A DNA stretch of 32,000 nt from Candidatus Nanosynbacter sp. BB002 (GCF_037013405.1 NZ_CP146064.1:660001-692000), one strand, 5' to 3'. Counted from the stretch's first letter, positions 8,531 to 17,178 are shown. Notes: generated by a model not told the origin, from the sequence alone. Numbers and translations are program-made.

Positions 8531-11500
8531 TTACATCTTTTTGCGGATGAACCAAACTCCGGCACCACCAGCTGCTACCGCTACTACTGTTACAGCGATG
8601 ACACTAGCACCGGTATCTGCCAAGTAGCCACCCTTGTTGGTCGCCTGAGTATTCTTGCCAGTGCCGTTGGTTGTTGCACCGCCAGGGTTCGTAGGCCCGG
8701 TAGGATTACCAGTACCACCACCAACGCCAGGGTTAGTTTGCTGTTGACGCTCGTAGACACCGACTGGGTCTACGATAGTACCATTTGCAGCCTTATCCTC
8801 GTCACCAAAGCCGCCGTCAGTCAAATCATAGGTTACTGTCGTATGCTTACCATCAGCGGTCGTGCCAAATGTCACGCGATTAGTGATATCTTCTTTGACA
8901 GCACCGCCACTTATCTTGACCACGGCTAATTGACTATGATCAGCGTAATGTTTACTCAGAGTCAGTGTCACGCGCGTTGTGTAGCCGACCTTGGCAGTCT
9001 GGCCGGTACAGTTGATGGTAAAGCCAACGATGTCACGCAAGACACGGCCGTCATAATCATTCGGAGCAGCTGCCACTGCGGCTGAAGCAATGTTGTAGCA
9101 CTGGGTGCCAGCTGTAGCAACAGTCACCGTACCACCACCTGGCTGCGCAACAGTCGCTGAAGTGGTTGGCGTGGTTGGCGTTGGCGCTGGATTGACAACA
9201 ACAGCGTTCAATTTTGCTTGCAGCGCTGTTTTTTTAGCAGGATCTTGCACCTTATTCACTAAGACCTTAGCGGCATCAACGGCACTTTGTGTTTTATCAG
9301 CTTCTGCCTTGGCAACTGCAGCCTGAGCAGCGTCTTGAGCGTCTTGCTCTTTTTGCTTGGCGCTAGCCACTGCACTGTTGAGGTTAGCGATCGCTGATTG
9401 AAGGTCTGACGCAGATGGATTTGCCTGGTTCAAGATGGCCTTAGCAGCGGCAAGAGTTGAAGCAACTGTCGGATCCGATTTGATGTATGATGGTGTCGCT
9501 TCTGCAGCAGTGATGGCTGCTTGCAAGCTTGCTTTATCAATTTTCAGTGCATCGAGCTTGCCCTGTAAGGCTGTGCGTGCATTGTCCAGCTCAGACACTG
9601 AGACATTCGCGTTATTTATAACTGCTTCAGCTGCCGTGACCTGCGCTTGAAGAGCGGCGATAGTGCTACTGCTCATGCCGGCAACCGTGGCTGGATCTTT
9701 AGCTTTAGCGATCAATGCAGTGAGGGTTGAGCGAGCACCAGAAATAGCGTTGGTTACCGCATCGAGCCTTGCCTGGAAGGCGGCCTTCTTGCCTGCGTCA
9801 CCTACTGCATCAACTTTGGTTTTAGCGGCAGCAACGTCAGATGGACGCTTGGTTGATTCAGCATTGGCTACTGCTGCTTCAGCCGCGGTAACTTTCTGCT
9901 CCTCTTCACTTGGACCAACCGGTGCATTGTTAGTAGTCGTGTAGATGGCGCCACCGTATGCTGCTGCAGCGATTTTCGAGCCGTCGGCAGAGCTGGCAAT
10001 TGCTGCCCAGTTTGGCACACCAGCAGACGTCTGAGCCACCCAGGTTGCGCCACCGTCATTTGAGCTGTAAATGTATCCACCGCCACCAGCAGTTGCTGAA
10101 AGTTTTTGACCATCGTCAGAAATAGTAACCGCAGTCCAGTTATGAAGTCCATCAGCCGCTCGCTCAGTCCAGGTTGCACCAGCATTGGCGGAAGTGTAAA
10201 TCCTGCCACCAGTTGCTGTTGCTACTAATTTATTGCCATCGGCGGAGCTGGCAACTGCTGACCATTTACGAGAGCCTGAGTTTGCCTGTGCAGTCCAAGT
10301 TACGCCAGCGTCGGATGAGGTAAAGACTGTGCCATCCTCAACCGTTGCCACCAACTTGTTGCCATCGGCGGAACTAGCAACTGCTGACCATTTACGAGAG
10401 CCAGAACTTGCCCGTTCGGTCCAGTTCGCGCCAGCGTCGGATGAGGTAAAGACTGTGCTACCTTTGGCTACAGCTACTAGCCTGTTGCCATCGGCGGAAC
10501 TAGCGATTGCCGTCCAGTTGTGAGACCCAGGGACACCACGTGCGGTCCAGTTTGCGCCAGCGTCGGATGAGGTAAAGATATAACCACCCCAGTCGTATAG
10601 TGCAGCCAGTTTATTACCGTCAGCAGAGCTGGCAACTGCTAGCCAGTTGCGGTCGCCCGCCCCAGGGTGCTCAGTCCAGTTCGCGCCAGCATCGGATGAG
10701 GTGTGAATCTTACCGCCCCATGCTGCTGCAACCAATTTACTGCCGTCAGTAGACCCGGCGATTGAGGACCAATTTCGAGAACCTGCCACATCACGCTTTG
10801 ACCATGTAGCACCCGTCTTTGGTACAGGTGTCTCAGCCGGCTGTGTGCCCGCACCCTTTTGGAATACACGAACGTAGTCGATCAACATGGTTTGCTTCGG
10901 GAAACTATCTGAAGGAGAGATTGGTTTCTGATCCGCATCTGCCTCCACGTAGTCGTTTATGATAAAGCGCCATCCCTCATCAAACGTCTTTTTAATCAAT
11001 GATGCATCAGCTAATTTTGTCAGAGGAGCAGCTGGTGTACGTTCAATTTCCTTGCTGTCAGTGGGGCTGGCGTGATAATGATATGCGGTGATTGGCTTGT
11101 CATCCACAAAATACTTAACCGTCTCACCATCATACTCGACCGCCCATGTGTGCCATTCATAGGCCAATGTACCTGGCTTGGAGCCTGCTCGGTGTTCATC
11201 GCTGTGGATAATCCTCCTGGTTCGCCAACCATTTTTCCAATTGCCAGAAACGCCATGATGGTAACAGGTAGCATGGGTACTTGACCAGGTATATGCTGGT
11301 GTGTAGGAGTACCATTCAATGATGTCTAGCTCGCCGTATGGGTCATTAGCATTAGGATTATCATTACAATTCTTTAATGAGACACCATTAACCATCCACA
11401 GTGATGGTCGTGTACCATTTTTTCCATTCCAGTTAAATTTGGCGCGAATCTCGGCGCGGAAAGGTTTTGTACCATCCACCACCTTAGTCTTATTCGTCAC

Positions 11501-11848
11501 TCGACCGCTAAGGTATCGTGTCATCTTACCATTTGGACATGGCGTTTCGCTAGCATTAGAGTCATTCAATGGTTCATCAAGATTTGCAACACAGTGGCGC
11601 TGCGTTTTGATCTCTAGATAATCATTGTTGACAACCCTGACGTTGCTCGGATTGTAGGCTAGGTGATTATTGCCATAATTATCTTTATTTTGTTTGAATA
11701 CGTCCCAGCTATCAGGCACTGAGGTACCTTTAAACTCCTCGCTCCACACAACGCCCCATTGACTTGCATTGGTGCTACCGTTGTACAGTAAAGCTAACAA
11801 TAAGATACCACCAGCTGATACTAGTGCTACGAATAATCGTTTCGCCAT
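8531..11848 (-). CDS. Cell-surface multidomain protein (1105 aa): signal peptide, GH16-like glycoside hydrolase, 7-blade Asp-box (BNR-like) beta-propeller, Ala-rich helical stalk, beta-rich C-terminal domain, LADTG sorting signal
   Basis: The N-terminal signal is MAKRLFVALVSAGGILLLALL. The GH16 ExDxxE catalytic motif is GELDIIEW (11315-11332), within a jelly-roll-like region at aa 30-330. Six clear S-x-D-x-G-x-x-W Asp boxes (TSSDAGANWT x3, TSSDAGVTWT, TSANAGATWT, SSNDGGATWV) recur every 42-43 aa across aa 345-640. The C-terminus is YLADTG, a hydrophobic helix and RKKM. Confidence 0.88.
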   Translation of the reverse strand: MAKRLFVALVSAGGILLLALLYNGSTNASQWGVVWSEEFKGTSVPDSWDVFKQNKDNYGNNHLAYNPSNVRVVNNDYLEIKTQRHCVANLDEPLNDSNASETPCPNGKMTRYLSGRVTNKTKVVDGTKPFRAEIRAKFNWNGKNGTRPSLWMVNGVSLKNCNDNPNANDPYGELDIIEWYSYTPAYTWSSTHATCYHHGVSGNWKNGWRTRRIIHSDEHRAGSKPGTLAYEWHTWAVEYDGETVKYFVDDKPITAYHYHASPTDSKEIERTPAAPLTKLADASLIKKTFDEGWRFIINDYVEADADQKPISPSDSFPKQTMLIDYVRVFQKGAGTQPAETPVPKTGATWSKRDVAGSRNWSSIAGSTDGSKLVAAAWGGKIHTSSDAGANWTEHPGAGDRNWLAVASSADGNKLAALYDWGGYIFTSSDAGANWTARGVPGSHNWTAIASSADGNRLVAVAKGSTVFTSSDAGANWTERASSGSRKWSAVASSADGNKLVATVEDGTVFTSSDAGVTWTAQANSGSRKWSAVASSADGNKLVATATGGRIYTSANAGATWTERAADGLHNWTAVTISDDGQKLSATAGGGGYIYSSNDGGATWVAQTSAGVPNWAAIASSADGSKIAAAAYGGAIYTTTNNAPVGPSEEEQKVTAAEAAVANAESTKRPSDVAAAKTKVDAVGDAGKKAAFQARLDAVTNAISGARSTLTALIAKAKDPATVAGMSSSTIAALQAQVTAAEAVINNANVSVSELDNARTALQGKLDALKIDKASLQAAITAAEATPSYIKSDPTVASTLAAAKAILNQANPSASDLQSAIANLNSAVASAKQKEQDAQDAAQAAVAKAEADKTQSAVDAAKVLVNKVQDPAKKTALQAKLNAVVVNPAPTPTTPTTSATVAQPGGGTVTVATAGTQCYNIASAAVAAAPNDYDGRVLRDIVGFTINCTGQTAKVGYTTRVTLTLSKHYADHSQLAVVKISGGAVKEDITNRVTFGTTADGKHTTVTYDLTDGGFGDEDKAANGTIVDPVGVYERQQQTNPGVGGGTGNPTGPTNPGGATTNGTGKNTQATNKGGYLADTGASVIAVTVVAVAAGGAGVWFIRKKM
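9929..10816 (-). repeat. Intragenic tandem repeats of 126-129 nt encoding the propeller blades
   Basis: GCCAGCGTCGGATGAGGTAAAGA recurs at 10304, 10430 and 10556 (126-nt period), with a diverged copy at 10685. The segment TTGCCATCGGCGGA.CT.GCAACTGCTGACCATTTACGAGAGCC occurs at 10243 and 10369 with 2 mismatches in 44 nt. Confidence 0.85.
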
Positions 11849-11891
11849 CCCCTTTTTCTCCCTGTGTTTATGTTAAAAACTCTTGCCAAAA

Positions 11892-11920
11892 ATTATAGCG
11901 CTAATACATTCTGATTGCAA
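11892..11920 (-). promoter_or_regulatory. Sigma70-like promoter of the 1105-aa surface-protein gene
   Basis: On the minus strand, TTGCAA (11915-11920), 17 nt and TATAAT (11892-11897) are followed by a leader of about 40 nt ending in GGGAGAAAAAGGGG before the ATG. No CIRCE is present here. Confidence 0.6.
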
Positions 11921-11968
11921 GCATTGTTGTAAATAAAACTATTGATGTCTGGGGTGAAATACGGTAAA

Positions 11969-12433
11969 TTATCGCCGCGTGACTTTGACCATTGCGTCGC
12001 GAATCACCGTGCCGTCAAGGGTATAACCAGCACGTAGCTCCTCGGCGACAACTTCTTTATCGCCGTCTGCTTCTTCGTCAAACTGCACCGCCTGATGCAG
12101 CTCAGGATTAAACAACGTCCCTGGCTTGGCATCAATTTTTTCTAAGCCAATTTCTTTGAGCTGCTTGTCGAGCTGTTTGCCCAAACCAGCCATGCCTTTA
12201 GCCCAAGCGTTATCTGCTAGTTTCTCCGGCACATTAGCAATCGCTCGCTCAATCGTATCAATCACTGGTAACAATTTCATCACTGACTTGGCCTGACCCA
12301 TGCTGTGGGCTGACTGCTTTTCGGCCTCGACACGCTTACGATAATTCTCAAAATCGGCCCGTGTCCGCTGTAAGTCCAGGGTCAACTCATCAATAGTATG
12401 TTGCAAATCATCAATCTTCTTGTGTTTCGTCAT
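11969..12433 (-). CDS. grpE: Nucleotide exchange factor GrpE
   Basis: It has an N-terminal coiled coil (DLQRTRADFENYRKRVEAEK) and a C-terminal beta domain (..FNPELHQAV...GYTLDGTVIRDAMVKV). It sits 16 nt downstream of hrcA. Confidence 0.92.
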   Translation of the reverse strand: MTKHKKIDDLQHTIDELTLDLQRTRADFENYRKRVEAEKQSAHSMGQAKSVMKLLPVIDTIERAIANVPEKLADNAWAKGMAGLGKQLDKQLKEIGLEKIDAKPGTLFNPELHQAVQFDEEADGDKEVVAEELRAGYTLDGTVIRDAMVKVTRR

Positions 12434-12448
12434 ATTCCTCCTCTATCC

Positions 12449-13156
12449 TTACACTTCCTCTAACATCGCACCCGTTCGCCTCACCAGCTCCATCGTTCGA
12501 CGGTAATTCTGCCGAGTTGGACCGATCACACCGATGTAACTGCGATCACTAAACGATGAACGAAACTTACTGATGATCAGGGTCGCGCCACTTGCTTTAC
12601 CGATTGGGTTCTCGCTACCGATAAACACGTTGAGCGGTTCATTGGGCGCAGCTTCAACTAGCCAGGGCTCAATATTGTCAATCAGTCTGGCGATGGCCTG
12701 AACGTGATTGCCTTCAATAAACTCTGGCTGAGAAAACAGCTGTGTCATGCCATTCATGTACAGGTGATCACCAAACGAGGCAAAGCCGAAATTGCCCGTC
12801 AGCTCAACCAGACTATCAACCGCGCTGCGGATGGCTCTGTCAGATTTATCAACGTGCGAATTAACATGCGCTTCGATCGCCCTCGCACTGCGATCGATAC
12901 CACTTGGCAGTTCAGTCATTTGCGCAGCGGTGATGCCATTAACATAAAACCGATAGCCTTTGTCAGTCGGAATGCGACCAGCACTGGTGTGCGGTGCCTC
13001 GATAAATCCCATCTCCTCGAGCTTGGCCATTTCGCTGCGGATAGTGGCGCTGGACACACCAAACAATTTGGCAAGCGTCACACTACCAACTGGCGCCGCA
13101 ATTTCAGCGTACTGTTCGATGATGGCGGCCAAGATAGCCTGCTGGCGTTCAGTCAT
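12449..13156 (-). CDS. hrcA: Heat-inducible transcription repressor HrcA (short form, about 235 aa)
   Basis: The N-terminal winged-helix reads [73 protein letters not shown] place the start at the 10th codon of the track ORF (ATG 13154-13156), because the first ATG lies inside the CIRCE operator. The protein is shorter than typical HrcA (about 340 aa). Confidence 0.88.
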   Translation of the reverse strand: MTERQQAILAAIIEQYAEIAAPVGSVTLAKLFGVSSATIRSEMAKLEEMGFIEAPHTSAGRIPTDKGYRFYVNGITAAQMTELPSGIDRSARAIEAHVNSHVDKSDRAIRSAVDSLVELTGNFGFASFGDHLYMNGMTQLFSQPEFIEGNHVQAIARLIDNIEPWLVEAAPNEPLNVFIGSENPIGKASGATLIISKFRSSFSDRSYIGVIGPTRQNYRRTMELVRRTGAMLEEV

Positions 13157-13162
13157 GGATAC

Positions 13163-13203
13163 ATTATAGCGTACATCTGGCACTCATACAAGTAGAGTGC
13201 TAA
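13163..13203 (-). promoter_or_regulatory. CIRCE operator overlapping the hrcA-grpE promoter
   Basis: On the minus strand the sequence is TTAGCACTC-tacttgtat-GAGTGCCAG (13177-13203). TTGTAT (13186-13191, in the CIRCE spacer), 17 nt and TATAAT (13163-13168) are followed by 6 nt and then the hrcA ATG. The stop codon of the upstream gene (13200-13202) lies inside the operator. Confidence 0.8.
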
Positions 13204-14636
13204 GTTGTCTTCTGCTTGGCACGGCGTGCAGTCGTGCGAGTGTGAGTGAACTGCCTGGCCGCGTCAGACGATAGCATCAGGATAATCGTGATATTAATAC
13301 CGATGAACGCCAGGGTGCCAACGCTTGTCCAGGTGATTTTACCGATGGTCAAGGTGAATGACGTTGCCAACACTGACAGGCTCGACAATATCATCAAGAG
13401 TAATCGGTCTTTGTTCGAGCCGCGGAACGTACCTCGTGACAGCACAGCTGTTACTAAGATCCAACCCGCGCTCAAACTCAGCACTCCTCGAATCGTCCAC
13501 TCCGCTCCTGTGGCGGCCACAGAAGTGTCCAAGCCCTCAACGATAAAGTCCTGGGTTGTCTGATGCAACAATTCGTCAAACAACAGAAAATCAAACAAGG
13601 CGCCCATCAGGACAATCGCTATAGCCAAAACGGTAAACAAAATAGCAAACGATATTTGCGGCGGTCGGCGATTCCATAATTGTTGCAGCACCGTATCGTG
13701 TTCTTCCGCGGAGATGGCATATTCATGCGCGGTTGCATCCAAAATAAGCCCTGCTCTTTCGGCAATTGTCTGCTGATTTGCTACAACTGCCGCCAGTTCC
13801 AAGACCGGCAAGTCACCATCCGTCTGAATACTGTCGCCCCCACCATTGCGCGAGTGATAACCCGTCGAAAAGTCTTTCAAATTTGTCACTGCCACCTGCG
13901 GTGTGTGCTCAGTGACGGTCTTCACGATATAGTCACGCTCGATGTCAGTATTTTCATCAATTTTATGAGTAACTTGCAGAGTAAACAATGACAATCCAAC
14001 ACTTTTGTCGTATGTCCCTGCTGCCAGCCAATCGACCTGATGGCCACCAGGCAGCAACCAGCCCTGAGGGCAGCGCCAAAACCGCACGTGATGACGTTTG
14101 CCAGGGCTACCGTCTACTTCTTGCTGATAGGCAAAATCTTGACGACGACCAAACAAGAATAGTGATGACACAGGAGCTGAAGCATAGCTCCTGCCAGTCA
14201 GCGTAGAAAAAATTATCTTCCAAGCTGACCGAACGGTGATTTCATCAGCAATCGTCCAACCAGCATCAATCATCACTTGATGTAGCTGGGCTTCTGAGCC
14301 TCTGAGCGCCACATTGACTGGGTCACCTAATAATCCGTCAGCAGTCCGCGTACGACCAATGAAATAGTTTGGCACATACAAACTACTTAAAATACGGTGT
14401 AGCCGAGGCAAAGCTAAGTATGCCATGATAACCCAAAACAGCGCAAAAAACGCCACCAGCCACCAACCGCCAGAATACCAGCCCTCACGCCAAACCAACC
14501 AACCGAACCAAAATGAAGCCAAACCGGCCAACAAGAAAAACGCCTGGTCGATCAGCGCAGACAATGACCATGGCGAACGACGCAGGGCCGAAGCTCGTTT
14601 TTGGATATGGTCAGAAACCTGGTGACGATAACTCAT
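13200..14636 (-). CDS. Membrane protein with an LssY-C-terminus-like domain (478 aa)
   Basis: N-terminal TM helices are followed by ..GDPVNVALRGSEAQLHQVMIDAGWTIADEITVRSAWKI...SAPVSSLFLFGRRQDFAYQQEVDGSPGKRHHVRFW..AAGTYDKSVGLSLFTLQVTHKIDENTDIERDY. This matches my memory of the LssY_C family pattern. Extra TM helices occur at the C-terminus. Confidence 0.6.
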   Translation of the reverse strand: MSYRHQVSDHIQKRASALRRSPWSLSALIDQAFFLLAGLASFWFGWLVWREGWYSGGWWLVAFFALFWVIMAYLALPRLHRILSSLYVPNYFIGRTRTADGLLGDPVNVALRGSEAQLHQVMIDAGWTIADEITVRSAWKIIFSTLTGRSYASAPVSSLFLFGRRQDFAYQQEVDGSPGKRHHVRFWRCPQGWLLPGGHQVDWLAAGTYDKSVGLSLFTLQVTHKIDENTDIERDYIVKTVTEHTPQVAVTNLKDFSTGYHSRNGGGDSIQTDGDLPVLELAAVVANQQTIAERAGLILDATAHEYAISAEEHDTVLQQLWNRRPPQISFAILFTVLAIAIVLMGALFDFLLFDELLHQTTQDFIVEGLDTSVAATGAEWTIRGVLSLSAGWILVTAVLSRGTFRGSNKDRLLLMILSSLSVLATSFTLTIGKITWTSVGTLAFIGINITIILMLSSDAARQFTHTRTTARRAKQKTT

Positions 14637-15355
14637 ACGATACTATTATACTGTCGAATATTTTCTAAAAGCCTCCTTGCGGCCAAACGGGCTTCATCGT
14701 CTTGCTGGTTAAACAAGTCACCCCGTTCAATGATGTCATGACAGACACGGACCGCTCTATCAAGGTCATCATTAATAATAACATGATAATACGGTACAGA
14801 AAGTGCTTGTGTCATTTCTTTGATAGAACTAGCCAGCCGTTTCGGCCATTCAGCGTGAAATGCTTCCTCGGTAGTATACCGACTTTTCAGACGAGTCAGC
14901 CAGGTTTCGTAGTCGGGAGGTATGATAAAAATTGAAATACTTTGCGGAGCTAAAATCTCATATTCAGCAGCGCCTTGCACATCAATATCAGCGATGACTG
15001 TTTTGTTTTGTTCATAGGCCGCCCGAATCTCAGCCGCTGAAGTGCCATAGACTGTGCCATGAACAAATTTAGCCTCAATAAATTCTTGATTTCTCAACAT
15101 TTGTGCAGCCATGGTCGAGTCGATGAAATGGTAATCGACACCGTCAACTTCTGGACGATTATTGTTAATACGCGGCGCACGAGTTGTGTGCGAAACGATG
15201 CTGCTAAAATCTGGAATCTGCAATAATCGCTTTTTGATGGTGTCTTTACCGGCGCCAGAGATGCCAGTCAATAGGGCAATCTTGGCTTTCTTGATCAGCT
15301 CGACGGTTGGCTCAGCTGGTTGATAATTAGCAATCAACCGCTCCAATTCGTCCAT
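14633..15355 (-). CDS. gmk: Guanylate kinase-like nucleoside monophosphate kinase (241 aa)
   Basis: It has a P-loop (LLTGISGAGKDT) and the guanylate-kinase signature SHTTRAPR...VDGVDYHFI...EFIE..FVHGTVYGTS. I place the start at MDELERL (ATG 15353-15355). The 93 upstream codons of the track ORF run out of frame through the neighbouring gene's Pro/Thr linker and are an artefact. Confidence 0.8.
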   Translation of the reverse strand: MDELERLIANYQPAEPTVELIKKAKIALLTGISGAGKDTIKKRLLQIPDFSSIVSHTTRAPRINNNRPEVDGVDYHFIDSTMAAQMLRNQEFIEAKFVHGTVYGTSAAEIRAAYEQNKTVIADIDVQGAAEYEILAPQSISIFIIPPDYETWLTRLKSRYTTEEAFHAEWPKRLASSIKEMTQALSVPYYHVIINDDLDRAVRVCHDIIERGDLFNQQDDEARLAARRLLENIRQYNSIV

Positions 15356-15359
15356 GCGT

Positions 15360-16610
15360 TTAGCTGTTCCTACGTTTGACGATCCAAAGGATACCTGCAC
15401 CAATACCAACAGCTGCGAGTGAAGCGAGTGGCCAGACATTGTCACCAGTGTCAGCCAAGTAACCTTTGCCAGTTGGCTTTGTTGGCTGGGCAACTGGCGC
15501 ACCGGGATTGGTTGGCTGAGCAGGAGTTGGTGTTGGGGTTGGCGTCGGGGTTGGTGTTGGTGGGGTTGGTGGGGTCGGTGGGGTCGGTGGAGTGACTGGC
15601 GCTTCCTTAACGGTCGCGGTACTGATGAAGCCATTGTTCATAGCCGCCGCAATGCGAGCACCGTCGCTAGACATCGCGATAGAGGACCAGGCGCCAGTTG
15701 CAGCCGTGGTTTGCTCTTCCCAGGTAGCACCTGAGTCACTTGAAACATATATTACGCCACCAGTGACGGTTGCAGCCAATTTAGTGCCGTCTGCAGAGCT
15801 GGTGATGGCAGTCCAAGCACGATTGCCGGAAGCGGCTTGTTCTTGCCAGGTCACACCTGCGTCATTTGAGGTGTAAACCGCGCCGCCATTGACAGTCGCG
15901 GCGAGTTTAGTACCATCGCTTGATCCAGTGATGGCAGTCCAGGCACGGTTGCCAGAACCGACTTGTTCTGTCCACGTTACACCTGAATCATTTGAAGTAA
16001 ATACTGCACCACCAGTAACGGTTGCAGCCAGTTTGGTGCCGTCAGCAGAGCTGGTGATTGAGGTCCAAGCACGGTTGCCGGAACCAGCCTGCGGTGTCCA
16101 CGTTGCGCCTGAGTTACTGGAAGTAAATACTGCGCCGTTTTTAGCTGTTGCAGCCAGTTTGGTGCCGTCAGCAGAGCTGGTGATTGAGGTCCAATCAAAA
16201 GAACCACCCGTTATACCATTGCTTCTCCAGGTTTGACCTCTATCCTCTGAGGTTAAAATGTAACCACCCCAGTGGTACACACCAGCCAATTTAGTACCGT
16301 CAGCAGAGCTGGTGATCGCAATCCAGGCGCGAGAGCCAGAGTCAACTCGCTCAGTCCAAGTCAAACCAGCATCATCTGATATATATACTGAACCGCCGCT
16401 CATAGTTGCAGCGAGCTTATTACCGTCAGCAGAGCTAGCAATTGAAGTCCAAGGGCGACTACCAGAACCAGCCTGTTCTGTCCATGTAACTATTTGTTTT
16501 GCATTAGCTGATTGGCTAAATACCGCAATCACCGCAGCAATTACCACCAAACACCCTGCCTTAGCAGCGCGGGCTATTGTTCTTTTTCTATTACCCCAGA
16601 GCGACCCCAT
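15360..16610 (-). CDS. Cell-surface Asp-box (BNR-like) 7-blade beta-propeller protein with a Pro/Thr linker and an LADTG sorting signal (416 aa)
   Basis: The signal/TM segment is AGCLVVIAAVIAVFSQSANA. Asp boxes recur about every 42 aa: ISDDAGLTWT, TSEDRGQTWR, TSSNSGATWT, TSNDSGVTWT, TSNDAGVTWQ, VSSDSGATWE. The linker is (PTP)n. The C-terminus is YLADTG (LADTG at 15444-15458), a hydrophobic helix and KRRNS. It is a paralogue of the propeller module in the 1105-aa protein. Confidence 0.88.
   Translation of the reverse strand: MGSLWGNRKRTIARAAKAGCLVVIAAVIAVFSQSANAKQIVTWTEQAGSGSRPWTSIASSADGNKLAATMSGGSVYISDDAGLTWTERVDSGSRAWIAITSSADGTKLAGVYHWGGYILTSEDRGQTWRSNGITGGSFDWTSITSSADGTKLAATAKNGAVFTSSNSGATWTPQAGSGNRAWTSITSSADGTKLAATVTGGAVFTSNDSGVTWTEQVGSGNRAWTAITGSSDGTKLAATVNGGAVYTSNDAGVTWQEQAASGNRAWTAITSSADGTKLAATVTGGVIYVSSDSGATWEEQTTAATGAWSSIAMSSDGARIAAAMNNGFISTATVKEAPVTPPTPPTPPTPPTPTPTPTPTPTPAQPTNPGAPVAQPTKPTGKGYLADTGDNVWPLASLAAVGIGAGILWIVKRRNS
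15522..15593 (-). repeat. Low-complexity Pro/Thr-coding microsatellite-like tract
   Basis: GGTGTTGGGGTTGGCGTCGGGGTTGGTGTTGGTGGGGTTGGTGGGGTCGGTGGGGTCGGTGG encodes TPPTPPTPPTPPTPTPTPTPTPTP. Confidence 0.8.
16021..16194 (-). repeat. Exact 48-nt direct repeat spaced one blade (126 nt) apart
   Basis: GTTGCAGCCAGTTTGGTGCCGTCAGCAGAGCTGGTGATTGAGGTCCAA occurs at 16021-16068 and again at 16147-16194. Confidence 0.9.
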
Positions 16611-16717
16611 TGAATAATCTCCTTTTTATTGTTTTATGGCAATATCTAATATAATCACTGCCAGTATATCATGATGTCGCTTATGTTAGCAAGCATATTT
16701 GCCAAGTATTGACGACT

Positions 16718-17176
16718 TTATAACAGTTCACGCAAAATGGCTTGCCAATCAGGAAATTCATCTGAACCAAACCGTATCAATCGCCCTGAAAAGTCACCCG
16801 CACCATTTGCCGTCCGATCATCGATCAAGATATCGCCTCGACTCAGATGCTTGACCGATGAAAAAACAACCTTGCGAAAGAAAATATTCTCCCGACCATC
16901 GCCGCCAAAATACTTCTTCACCCACGCCAGTTTATCACCCAGTGCCGTCGGATTCTCCCATGGCGATGACGACAGGATATATAAATCATACTTTTCCTTC
17001 AGCTTATCAACCGCCTCGAGGGCGCCCGGCATCGGATCCATCAGTGCAAAAACACCCGGAATATTATCATATTCACCCGCAAACTTCTCAAGCATCTCAG
17101 GCAGGACCTTCGTCAAAGCCGACGTAAAGTCGACCAGTACGCCGTCCATATCAATATAAATAATTGGTTTCTTCAT
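16718..17176 (-). CDS. 5'(3')-deoxyribonucleotidase-like HAD-family phosphatase (NT5C type)
   Basis: It has the HAD motif I IYIDMDGVLVDF, then ..YDLYILSS.. and ..ILIDDR. Size (about 152 aa) and motif spacing fit the NT5C family. Confidence 0.65.
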   Translation of the reverse strand: MKKPIIYIDMDGVLVDFTSALTKVLPEMLEKFAGEYDNIPGVFALMDPMPGALEAVDKLKEKYDLYILSSSPWENPTALGDKLAWVKKYFGGDGRENIFFRKVVFSSVKHLSRGDILIDDRTANGAGDFSGRLIRFGSDEFPDWQAILRELL

Positions 17177-17178
17177 AA

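Noticed and set aside
9929-10816. A regular 126-nt periodicity that could superficially resemble a CRISPR or other non-coding repeat array.
   Set aside because: The repeats lie inside one continuous ORF and encode the Asp-box propeller blades. There are no short palindromic repeats with unique spacers and no cas genes.
14633-15634. A 333-aa track ORF, which would give the kinase gene a His/Pro/Gln-rich N-terminal extension of 93 aa.
   Set aside because: The extension overlaps the 3' end of the 416-aa surface-protein gene in another frame. It merely reads through that gene's Pro/Thr-coding repeat. The guanylate-kinase homology begins at MDELERL (15355), 4 nt after the neighbour's stop.
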